Source of the DNA: an uncultured Acidobacteriota bacterium
Lineage (GTDB): Bacteria > Acidobacteriota > UBA6911
Length of the DNA: 45,088 nt
NCBI GenBank assembly: GCA_963827655.1
Contig: CAWHCF010000016.1
Coordinates: 1-45,088, forward strand
Direction of reading: 5' to 3'
The stretch's first letter is position 1, and each line of letters opens with the position of its first letter. Of this stretch, positions 19,566-29,491 are shown piece after piece. The notes beneath the pieces are model-generated. The model made no database searches, had not been told where the DNA came from, and saw nothing but the letters and a program-made list of their open reading frames with translations. Made by a program: the position numbers and the translations under genes.

Positions 19566-20138
19566 ATGGGGTTGCGCGATCAGATCCGCCAGCGTCTCGC
19601 CGAGGTGGAGCAGCGCCGGCTGACCACTGGATTCTCCCGCGAGGCGGCGGTGCTGCTCCTTGTCTTCGAGCGCGAGGGGAAACCTCACATTCTGCTCACG
19701 CGGCGCACTCAGGACGTGAGAACTCACAAAGGCCAGATCTCCTTTCCCGGAGGAATGCGCCTGGATGGCGAGAGTCTTGACCGGACGGCACTGCGCGAGA
19801 CATTCGAGGAGGTCGGAATCAATGACACGCAGATCGAACTCCTGGGGCGCTTTCACGACTATGTCTCCAGCAGCGAATACCTGGTGGCTCCCTTTGTCGG
19901 CTTCATTGAACAGGCCTTCACAACCGAGCCGCAAGCGCGGGAAGTAGCCGAGATCCTTCAGGTTCCATTTCAGGTATTCACCGATCCCGACAAGATGCGG
20001 GTGGAGCGCATGATGCGTTCTGGTAAAATGCTCGACGTCTATTTTTATTCCTTTGCGCCTCATGAGATCTGGGGACTGACCGCGCGCATCATAAAGGACT
20101 TTCTGGAAGTGGTTCGGTATCCCGACTTCGTGTCTTAG
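19566..20138 (+). CDS. Nudix hydrolase, CoA pyrophosphatase (NudL/PCD1) type
   Basis: LLTRR...HKGQISFPGG motif, Nudix box ...ALRETFEEVG, and IWGLTARI. Confidence 0.92.
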   Translation: MGLRDQIRQRLAEVEQRRLTTGFSREAAVLLLVFEREGKPHILLTRRTQDVRTHKGQISFPGGMRLDGESLDRTALRETFEEVGINDTQIELLGRFHDYVSSSEYLVAPFVGFIEQAFTTEPQAREVAEILQVPFQVFTDPDKMRVERMMRSGKMLDVYFYSFAPHEIWGLTARIIKDFLEVVRYPDFVS

Positions 20139-20218
20139 AGGTTGGTTGTTTCCTCCGCATTAACCACGAAGACTCGAAGACACTAACAGCCTTGGTTTTG
20201 CGAAGCTTGGTGAAAATC

Positions 20219-20995
20219 ATGAAACGACTCACTGTTCTCCTCTTCCTGGTTTCCGCAGCCTTCGCGGCGCAGCAAAAAAATCCCTTCGCCTCCGACCCGC
20301 AAGCGGCCGATACAGGGCGTGGCATGTTTCGGATCTACTGCTCCCCTTGCCATGGCATCAAGGCCCAGGGAGGACGCGGTCCCGACCTCACTCTCGGAGT
20401 TTATTCCGCCGGGGACCAGGATTCGGATCTATACCGGGTCATTTCCCAGGGTGTGGGAGGGACCGAGATGAATGGATACGCCGAAAGCATGGGCGAGGAC
20501 AATATCTGGCGCGTGGTGTCCTATATCCGTTCGATATCCCAGCACACGAGCACTCCCGCCGCGGGCGATCCGGCAGCCGGCCAGAAACTGTTCTCGGAAA
20601 AGGGGCGCTGCGGGCAATGCCATCGCGTGGACAACAAGGGAGGCCGGCTAGGCCCTGACCTGACGCGCGTCGGGCGCCAAAGGAGTCTGGCTTATCTGCG
20701 GGAATCGATCGTGTCGCCGAACGCCGACCTTCTGCCCGATTACGCCACCCTGCGCGTGGTTACCCGCGATGGGAAGGAAATTATGGGCGTGCAGAAAGGA
20801 ATTGATAACTTCTCGGCCCAGTTGATGGACGCTGCCGAGAATTTTCACTCGTTCCTGCGCAGCGAAGTATCCGAAATTCGGAGAGAGTTTCGATCGCTCA
20901 TGCCTGAAGATTATGGCCGCCGTTTCACACCGGCGGAGCTGGACGACCTGCTCGCCTACTTGAGCCGCCTGCGCGGCACGGAGAAAAACCAATGA
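20219..20995 (+). CDS. Periplasmic diheme c-type cytochrome
   Basis: Signal peptide; CSPCH and CGQCH; GGRLGPDLT...LRESIVSPNA...SLMP...DLLAYL; stop overlaps the next start (ATGA). Confidence 0.92.
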   Translation: MKRLTVLLFLVSAAFAAQQKNPFASDPQAADTGRGMFRIYCSPCHGIKAQGGRGPDLTLGVYSAGDQDSDLYRVISQGVGGTEMNGYAESMGEDNIWRVVSYIRSISQHTSTPAAGDPAAGQKLFSEKGRCGQCHRVDNKGGRLGPDLTRVGRQRSLAYLRESIVSPNADLLPDYATLRVVTRDGKEIMGVQKGIDNFSAQLMDAAENFHSFLRSEVSEIRREFRSLMPEDYGRRFTPAELDDLLAYLSRLRGTEKNQ

Positions 20996-22544
20996 TCAGA
21001 TTCTGGCAGCTTTTGGTAATGGCGCTGGCAGCCCTCCCGAACAACGATTCGTCCACCTGGTTGACGTACGGAAAGAATCATTCCGGCTGGCGCTACAGCG
21101 AGCTCTCGCAGATTAACACCGGAAACGTCGCTCGGCTTGCGACTCGTTGGGCGTTCCAGAGCGACGTCAGCGGCAAGCTCCAAACCACGCCGCTCGTGTT
21201 CGATCGCCAGATGTTCGTCACCGCCCCGAGCAACCACGCCTTTGCCCTGGATCTCTTGACCGGCCGATCCCTGTGGCACTATCACAAATCGGCGCCCCGC
21301 GGGCTGAATCTCTGCTGCGGTCAGGTCAATCGCGGCTTCGCGACGATGGGTGACCGGCTCTTCAAGGTGAACATCGAAGCTACGCTGGTCGCGCTCGATC
21401 GCAAGACGGGCGGCGTGATCTGGGAGACGAAGATTGACGACTTCAAAAAAGGCTACAGCGCAACCGTGGCGCCTCTGATCGTGAAGAACCTGGTGATCGT
21501 CGGCATCGCGGGCGCCGAGTTCGGTGTCCGGTGCTTCATCGATGCCTACGACGCCGATACCGGGAAGCGCGTCTGGCGCTTCTGGACCATACCCGAGCCC
21601 GGAGAGCCGGGAGGCGATACCTGGGGGCGCCGGAGACTCATGGAAGCGCGGCGGCGCGTCCAGCTGGATCACCGGAACCTACGACCCCGAGCTCAATCTC
21701 GTCTACTGGGGCACCGGGAATCCTGGCCCGGATATGTACGGGGACGACCGGCCCGGCGACAACCTGTACAGCTGCAGCCTGGTCGCGCTGGACGCCGATA
21801 CGGGAAAGCTGAAATGGCACTTCCAGTTCACTCCTCACGACGTCCATGACTGGGATTCAATCAGCGATCCTGTTCTGATGGACCTCACTTCGGGCGGCCG
21901 CAAGGTAAAGGCGGTCGTGATGGCCAATCGAAACGGCTTCTTTTACGCCTTCGACCGCACCAATGGGAAACTGCTCCTTGCGAAACCGTACACCAAGGTG
22001 ACCTGGGCCGAGGGAATCGGCGCCGATGGACGGCCGAAGCTGGTTCCCGGGCAAGATCCGACCGAGGAGGGCAACAAATCGTGCCCCGGCCTCGGAGGGG
22101 GTCACAACTGGCAGGCCACCACGTACAGCCCGCAGACCGGTCTGTATTACTTCAATTCAACCGACGGCTGCCAGATTTACTACAGGACAAAACAGGGCTA
22201 CGTCGAAGGGACAGTGGTATCAGGGAAGTACGGTCGCGGGAATCCCGACCGATCCCAGCACAGGCTCGATCATTGCGGTCGATCCCTCGACTGGTGAAAC
22301 AAAATGGAAGTTTCCCCTGGTGACACCTCCCACCAGCGGGCTGCTGAGCACCGCCGGCGGGCTGGTCTTTGCAGGAGATCGCGAAGGTTACCTCTTTGCC
22401 CTCGACGCCCGATCGGGCAAGCCGCTCTGGCGGTTTCAAACCGGAGGCGCCGTCGTGGCGCCGCCGATCACGTACCTGCTCGACGGAAAACAGTACGTCG
22501 CGGTGGCGGCAAGCTCCTCGATCCTGACCTTCGCCCTGCCGTAA
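20992..22544 (+). CDS. PQQ-dependent alcohol dehydrogenase (methanol/ethanol family); frameshifts near 21625 and 22210
   Basis: WLTYG...RYSELSQIN, vicinal CCGQVNRG, GAEFGVR, YWGTGNPGP, TPHDVHDWDS, ANRNGFFY, GGHNW, PITYLLDGKQYVAV across three frames. Confidence 0.9.
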
Positions 22545-22697
22545 CGTTCTAGCGCGTGACAGAAATTCGGTGACTGGCTCCAAATGTGCAGGGTTAAGTG
22601 ACCCGAAGAATGCTCTTCTTGCAGTTGAGCCTCGCGATCAGCTTATAACTGGATCGTCCCTGGCTCGCGAGAAACCCTCACAATCGGAGGCTGAATC

Positions 22698-25600
22698 ATG
22701 CGGCGTTCCCCGAATCGTCTCCCGCTGTTGCTTCTGGGCCTGCTTGTTATCCCGATTTCGCTATCGGGCCAAACCGAGTATGGAAACATTACCGGCGTGG
22801 TGTCCGACCCGACCGGCGCGGTCATTCCCGGCGCCGAGGTACTTGTGACCAACACTGCCACCAATGTGAAAAAGACGACGATCACCACGGCAGGCGGCGA
22901 GTACAACGTCCCCGTTCCGCCCGGCACCTACCAGGTCCAGGTCACTCTGACGGGCTTCAAACGGCACGTCGGCGACAACGTGGTCGTCGCGGCCGCAACG
23001 ACCCTTCGTCTGGACGTCAAGCTGCAGCTGGGCGAGATGTCGGAGGTGGTGGAGGTCAGCCCGGGCTGGCGCAGATTCAAACCGAAAATGCCAAGATCTC
23101 GACCGCCGTCCAGAACCGATTGGTGGACGAACTGCCGCTCGTTGTCCTCGGGGCGATGCGCAGTCCGTTTGACCTGGTCAACATCACGTCAGAGTCGAAG
23201 GGGCGCGGCAACACCATCTCGCTCGGCGGAGGCCAGGCGGCGGCCTGGGACGCGACGCTCGACGGCATCTCGGTGACGACTAACCGGTCGGCCGACGCGG
23301 CGGAGATCACCTATACCGCGCCCTCGGTCGAGGGGATTACGGAGTTCACGGTCGACACCAACGGCTTCAAGGCGGAGTACGGCCAGGCCGGCGGCGGAGT
23401 CATGACGTTCGTCTCCAAGTCCGGGACGAATCAGCTCCATGGCACGGCCTACGACTTTCTCCGCAACGACGCTCTGGACGCGCGCGGCTTCTTCCCTCAA
23501 ACCAAATCGGTCTACAAGCAGAACGACTTCGGCGCGAGCCTGGGGGGCCCGGTGTTTGTGCCCAAGCTGTACGATGGAAGAAACCGGACCTTCTTCTTCT
23601 TCGCCTTTGAGGGATTCCGCAACCGCGAGGGCGCCAACGACCAGATCCGGAGCATTCCGACGCCGGAGATGTACGACGGCGATTTCTCCAAGTGGGTGGA
23701 TGCCAGCGGGCGACTATTGCAGATTTACGACCCCGCCACTACCCGCCCGAACCCCAGCGGCACCGGTTTCATCCGCGATCCCTTTCCCAACAACATCATC
23801 CCGCAGAACCGCTTCAGCGCGTTCAGCCGGCAGGTGATGAAATACGGCCAGGCAGTCCAGCCGAACCGGGGCGCGCTGCCGGGAACGCCGGACTACGTCC
23901 GCAACAACTATATCGTGACTTCGGGAACGATCCTGAATCCGCAGACCAAGGGAAGCGTCAAGATCGACCACACGCTTTCGCCCAAGCACCATCTGGGCTA
24001 CTTCATGAACATCACGAGATACTCCCAGCAACTCAGCTCCGCCGGCCCGCCGGGCCTGCCCCTGCCGCTCTGGGATGGCCAGGTGCAGGTCTTCAACACG
24101 TCTGCCTACCGGTTCAGCTACGACTGGACACTCTCGAACCGGGCGTTGAACCACTTCTCGATCGGCGGCAACAAGTTTTTCAAGGACAGCCTTTCCCCCA
24201 ACGTCGGCGGGGACTTTGGCCTCTGCTTCAAGGGGGCGGTCGACTGCGCGAAGAACTTTCCCGCCGTCACGTTCACCGAGTTCAGCACCTGGGGCGGCGT
24301 GGCCGACAACGGGACCGAGCAGCCGCTCTGGTCTTACAAGGACGATTTCAGCCTCAACCACGGGAAACACAACCTCAAGATGGGGGTCTCGTTCCAGAGC
24401 CAGCGGGCGATCGGCTTCGGCGAGCAGGACATCGCGGGCCGCGCCGGCTTCAGCTTCCTGAGCACGTCCGTTCCGGCCGCGACCAGCGCCACAAGCGGCA
24501 GCTCGTTCGCTTCCTTCCTGCTCGGCGAGGCTACTTTCGGCCGGACCGAGACGATCCGGTCGGTGCCGCAGCTCTATCGCTACTACGGCTTCTACTTCCA
24601 GGACGACTGGCGCCTGAGCCGCCGCCTGACCGTCAATCTCGGGCTGCGGTACGAGTTCACCCTGCCGCCGGTCTCGATGAACGACGACCAGTATTCCGAC
24701 TTCACGCCGGACCGGCCCAACCCGAAGGTCAACAATTACCCCGGCGCGCTCCGCTTCGCCGGCTTCGGCCCGGGGCGCGAGAACGTGCGCAGCCTGGTGC
24801 CGGGCTGGTATGGCGGGGTCGGGCCGCGTCTCGGAATCGCGTTCGCGCCCACCGAGAAGACGGCGCTGCGAGCCGCCTTCGGCCGCTCGTTTTCCAAAGT
24901 GACCGTCGTGAGCGGCTCGGGGCACTTCGCCGGCTTCATCGGACAATACGTGTTCGAAACGACCAACCAGGGGGTCACCTCGCTCTACAACTGGGACAAC
25001 GGCCTCCCCTCTTATCCGCTGCCACCTCTGATCGACCCGAGCTTCTCGAACAACAACAACATCGATCACTGGCAGCCGCAGGATGCCGCGCGAGGGCCGG
25101 AGACCTACTACTATACCTTCTCGATCCAGCACCAGCTGACCCCGTCGACCGTGCTCGAGGTGGCCTACAATTCCACCGTCGGAACCCATCTGCAGACAGG
25201 TCTCGTCAACCTGAACCAGGTGCCGACGGCGGTCTGGGATAGTTACGTAAGCCGGCTGGGAGCAGCGGGCGCGCGCGCGCTTTTTGCCGCCCAGGCCACC
25301 TCGCAGCTGGCGCAGGATAACGGGATCAGTTCTCCCTTACCCCAACTTCGCGGATCCTACGATCCAGCAGAACCGCAGCGTCGCACAGGCCCTGCGTCCT
25401 TTTCCTCAGTACCTCAACGTCGTGACCGGAACGCAGAACGGCGACAAGAGCGGCCATTCGGCCTATCACGCCATGGTGATCAAAGCCGAGCGGCGCTTCT
25501 CGCAGGGGCTGCTGTTCCAGTGGAACTACACCTTCTCGAAGATCCTGACCGACTCGGACTCGTACTTCACCGGAACCGGGGCCCAGGATCAGTACAACCG

Positions 25601-26186
25601 GAGCGCCGAGAAGTCGATCGGCCAGTTCGACCAGACCCACGCGCTCAAGCTGAACACGCTTTATGAGCTCCCCTGGGGCGCGGGACGGCGCTGGCTCACC
25701 GATGGCTTCGCCTCGCACGTACTCGGAGGTTGGCGCCTCGGGGTGATCCAGGCCTACCTGAGCGGCTACCCGGTCGCACTCACGCGCAACAATCCGCTGC
25801 CGATTTTCAACAGCCAGACCCGGCCGACAGTCAACGGCTACGATAACTGGCGCGGGGCGATTGCCGGCGACGGCTTCGATCCGGGAGTCGACCGTTTCCT
25901 GGACCGCGCAGCCTTCCCGACCCAGCCGGATGCGTTCGGAAACGTCACGCGCTACAACCCGAAGGTGCGCGCGTTTCCGTCGCTGACCGAGAACATCAGC
26001 ATCGCAAAGGGCTTCCAGCTGGGCGAGAACGTCCGCTTCGATTTCCGCTGGGAGATCTTCAACATCTTCAACCGGACGGTCTTCGGCACCGGAAACACCA
26101 ACCTGAACAGCAACACCTTTGGAATCGTGACCAATCAGGTCAACGCTCCGCGACAGATGCAGGTCGGGTTAAAGCTTTACTGGTAG
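22698..26186 (+). CDS. Oar-like TonB-dependent receptor; frameshifts near 23060 and 25335
   Basis: ITGVVSDPTGAVIPGA, KSGTNQLHG...FLRNDALDAR, YFQDDWR...LNLGLRYE, C-terminal PRQMQVGLKLYW. Confidence 0.92.
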
Positions 26187-26191
26187 GCCGT

Positions 26192-26224
26192 AAAATGGGG
26201 ACGTCCGGTGAGACGTCCCCTTTT
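26192..26224 (+). terminator. Intrinsic terminator-like hairpin
   Basis: AAAAT-GGGGACGTC-CGGTGA-GACGTCCCC-TTTT just after the receptor stop at 26186. Confidence 0.65.
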
Positions 26225-26287
26225 CCCGCAACAGTGTTCTTCGCGTTTCTTTGTGTCTTCGTGTCTTCGTGGTTGAAAGGAGAACCC

Positions 26288-29200
26288 ATGCGGATTCGAA
26301 CGACTGTCTTGCTATTTATTATCCTGGCTATCCCGCCAAGTTTGCCTGCGCAGGGCTCGGTCACCATCTTCGGAACCGTTTCCGATTCATCCGGGGGTGT
26401 CATACCCTCCGCCACCATCACGGTCACCCATATCCAGACCGGTACGGTGCGCCAGACCCTCTCGGGAGCCCAGGGAAATTACCTGGTGTCGCATTTGCCC
26501 ATCGGAACCTATTCCGTGAGGAGCGAGGCGCCGGGATTCAAGACTTTTCTGCAGGAGAACATCCAGGTTCAAGTGGATGAGAATCGCCGGCTCAACATCG
26601 CGATGACCGTGGGCTCGGTCTCCGAAAGCGTCACGGTCGCGGCCGAGCTGACTCAAGTCGAGACACGGTCGGGTGCGCTGAAGGAGGTTGTGGATTCCCA
26701 GCGCATGGTCGACCTGCCGCTCAACGGCCGCAATCCCCTGCAGCTCCAGTATCTCGTGGCGGGCTCCGGCGGCCGCGCCGCGCAGGGCCAGGCCCAGAAC
26801 GAATCGGTGTCGATCAACGGATCCCGGACTAACTCCAACAACTACGCGCTCGACGGCGGCGACAATCACGATCCCTATTTCAATACGCCGGCGGTTTTCC
26901 CATCCCCCGATGCGCTCGAGGAGTTCGGCATCCAGACCAATGCCTACGGCGCCGACAAGGGCAGAAATGCCGGGGCTTTCATGAATGCCGTCACGCGCTC
27001 CGGGACCAACCGGTTCCACGGCACCCTGTTCGAATTTCTCAGAAACGAAGTGCTCAATGCGCGAAACTTCTTCGCCAACAACGTCCCCCCTTTCAAGCGC
27101 AACCAGTTCGGCGGCACGCTGGGCGGGCCTGTCCGGACAGACCGGACTTTCTTTTTTGTCTCCTACCAGCGTACGTCACAGCGCAGCGCGCCCGGCTCGG
27201 TTACCGCAACGGTTCTCACCGCCGAGCAACGCAGCGGCGATTTTTCGGCGCTGGGGCGGCCAGTGCGCGATCCGCAGGGCGGCAATTTCCCCAATGGCGT
27301 CATTCCGCCTAGCCGGCTGAACCCGGCCTCGCTCAAATTTCTCGAGGCATTTGTGCCGCTTCCTAATCGAGCGCAGGGTTTGTACACGTTTGCGAGCCAG
27401 GAGCGCATCGACGATGATCAGTTCATTACCAAACTCGATCACCATTTCACGCCGGCCAATCACCTCTCGGGGCGACTGCTCTACAACTTCAACGATCGGG
27501 ACGAGGCCACGGGGAACCTTCCGGGCTTTCTGGCCCGGATCGAATACAGCAACTGGAATGTGGCGGTCATCGATACTCATATCTTCAGCCCCACGATCGT
27601 CAACAGCTTCACGTTTTCCTACAACGACATCGACCGGCGCCAGCTCTCCATTGTCCCGGGAAACAAGACCTGGAACGACTTTGGAGCCCAATTCACCAGG
27701 GCTTTCACCGCGGACGCTCCGGCCGGTCACGACACGCAGGTCGACAGCTATTTTCAGGCGTTCTCCCGTTTTCCTTTGAATCACTTCCGCAAGAGCTTCC
27801 AGTTTTCGAATGCCCTGAGCCTCGACCGTGGAAAGCATTTCATACGAATAGGCGGCGATCTCCGCCGATCGATCCTCGATCTCCAGGAACTCTTTCGCGG
27901 CGACCCCTTCGTGCGCTTCCGCGCGACATTTACCGGCGACGCGGCGGCCGACTTCATGATCGGAAGGCCGACTCAGACCGAGCAAATCGCCGAAGACAGC
28001 AATCGGCCTCGCGCCACCGAGTACGCGCTTTTCGTGCAGGATGACTGGAAAATCTCCCCACGCCTGACCCTGAACCTCGGCCTGCGCTGGGATCCTTATC
28101 TCCCCTTCATTGATCTCGACGACAAATTCTCGCAGGTCCGTCTCGGCCAGCAATCCACGATTTTCCCCAATGCGCCCCCTGGTATTCTTTTCGCGGGCGA
28201 CCCTGGAATCCCGCGCGCTACGATCGAAAAGAGCCTCGGGAATCTCGGGCCGAGATTCGGATTTGCCTTCGATCCTTCAGGCAGCGGCAAGACCAGCCTG
28301 CGCGGCGGATACGGCATCTTCTACTCCCAGATTCGGCAGCAGGCGCACAATCAGATCTCGACCAACCAGCCTTACTCGATCAAGCTGACCATCAACAACC
28401 CGCCGCTGGGTCTGGACAATCCGTACTCCGAGACCGGCAATCCATTTCCCTTCACCGCGCCGCGCACTCAAGAAGAACGGGCGGCATACCGCTTTCTGCT
28501 TCCATTGACGGTAACTCAGTGGAACCCGGATTTCCGGAATGCGGTCGTGCAGCAGTGGAATCTGAATCTTCAGCGGGAGCTGTTCGAAAGCTACATCGTT
28601 ACCGCGGCCTATGTCGGCTCGAAGGGGAATCATTTGTTCATGACTACTCAAGCCAACCCCGCCATCTTCGGTGCGCCCGGCGCCACCGCCGATAGCCGCC
28701 GGTTACTGGCTCCGACTTTTGCCGCGATCACCGACCAGAACAGCCGGGGCAACTCCACTTATCACTCGATGCAGCTCACCCTGAACAAGCGTCTCTCGGG
28801 AAACATTACCCTGTTGAGCAACTACACCTGGAGCAAGCTGCTCGACGACTCGTCCGGCGATGGCGATGGTCCGGCGAATCCTTTTAACATCCGCGCCGAA
28901 AAAGCGCTCTCCGGCTTCGACATTGCCCATCGCTTCGTGAGTTCGTTCATCTGGCAGTTACCCGAGTTTGCAGGCAGTGGCGCGGTCGTCAGACATCTTT
29001 TCGGGGGCTGGGAGACGAACGGCATCATAGCGCTGGAGAGCGGCCGGCCTTTTACCGTGCTGTCGGGAAGAGACAATTCCGCCTCGCTGGTCAACCAGGA
29101 CCGCGCCGACCTGGTGGGCAATCCACACCTGGATACGGACCGGCCCAGGAGCGAGCTGATCAACGAGTACTTCTCCCGCGCCGCGTTTGCTCAGAACCCG

Positions 29201-29452
29201 CCCGGTACATTCGGCAATGCCGGGCGCAACATCCTGATCGGCCCCGGCTCGGCAACGGTCGATTTCGGAGTGATAAAGAACTTCGCGCTTTCTGAACGTC
29301 AGCGGCTGCAGTTTCGGACCGAAGTGTTCAACCTTTTTAACCGGGTCAACCTGGGCCAGCCGAACGCCAATCTATCGTCAAACACCTTTGCGCGAATCAC
29401 CTCGGCCGGTTCGCCCCGCGTCATTCAGCTGGCATTGAAGTACATCTTCTAG
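26288..29452 (+). CDS. Oar-like TonB-dependent receptor
   Basis: ATG 26288 after AAAGGAGA; LPLNGRN, RSGTNRFHG...FLRN, FVQDDWK...LNLGLRWD, C-terminal PRVIQLALKYIF. Confidence 0.95.
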   Translation: MRIRTTVLLFIILAIPPSLPAQGSVTIFGTVSDSSGGVIPSATITVTHIQTGTVRQTLSGAQGNYLVSHLPIGTYSVRSEAPGFKTFLQENIQVQVDENRRLNIAMTVGSVSESVTVAAELTQVETRSGALKEVVDSQRMVDLPLNGRNPLQLQYLVAGSGGRAAQGQAQNESVSINGSRTNSNNYALDGGDNHDPYFNTPAVFPSPDALEEFGIQTNAYGADKGRNAGAFMNAVTRSGTNRFHGTLFEFLRNEVLNARNFFANNVPPFKRNQFGGTLGGPVRTDRTFFFVSYQRTSQRSAPGSVTATVLTAEQRSGDFSALGRPVRDPQGGNFPNGVIPPSRLNPASLKFLEAFVPLPNRAQGLYTFASQERIDDDQFITKLDHHFTPANHLSGRLLYNFNDRDEATGNLPGFLARIEYSNWNVAVIDTHIFSPTIVNSFTFSYNDIDRRQLSIVPGNKTWNDFGAQFTRAFTADAPAGHDTQVDSYFQAFSRFPLNHFRKSFQFSNALSLDRGKHFIRIGGDLRRSILDLQELFRGDPFVRFRATFTGDAAADFMIGRPTQTEQIAEDSNRPRATEYALFVQDDWKISPRLTLNLGLRWDPYLPFIDLDDKFSQVRLGQQSTIFPNAPPGILFAGDPGIPRATIEKSLGNLGPRFGFAFDPSGSGKTSLRGGYGIFYSQIRQQAHNQISTNQPYSIKLTINNPPLGLDNPYSETGNPFPFTAPRTQEERAAYRFLLPLTVTQWNPDFRNAVVQQWNLNLQRELFESYIVTAAYVGSKGNHLFMTTQANPAIFGAPGATADSRRLLAPTFAAITDQNSRGNSTYHSMQLTLNKRLSGNITLLSNYTWSKLLDDSSGDGDGPANPFNIRAEKALSGFDIAHRFVSSFIWQLPEFAGSGAVVRHLFGGWETNGIIALESGRPFTVLSGRDNSASLVNQDRADLVGNPHLDTDRPRSELINEYFSRAAFAQNPPGTFGNAGRNILIGPGSATVDFGVIKNFALSERQRLQFRTEVFNLFNRVNLGQPNANLSSNTFARITSAGSPRVIQLALKYIF

Positions 29453-29491
29453 ATGATTGGTGTTTCTTCGTGTCTTTGCGTCTTGGTGGTA

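Noticed and set aside
23692-25242. 516-aa (+) and 491-aa (-) ORFs inside the TonB receptor
   Set aside because: Alternate-frame products of strong GC3 bias with no protein-like features.
19130-25345. Programmed frameshifting in the GH-like, PQQ and TonB genes
   Set aside because: No canonical slippery heptamers noticed, these families are not known for recoding, and scattered indels fit sequencing error.
26195-26287. Hydrophobic N-terminal extension FFAFLCVFVSSWL on the second Oar-like receptor
   Set aside because: Translation of the terminator hairpin and nonamer repeat; the RBS supports ATG at 26288.
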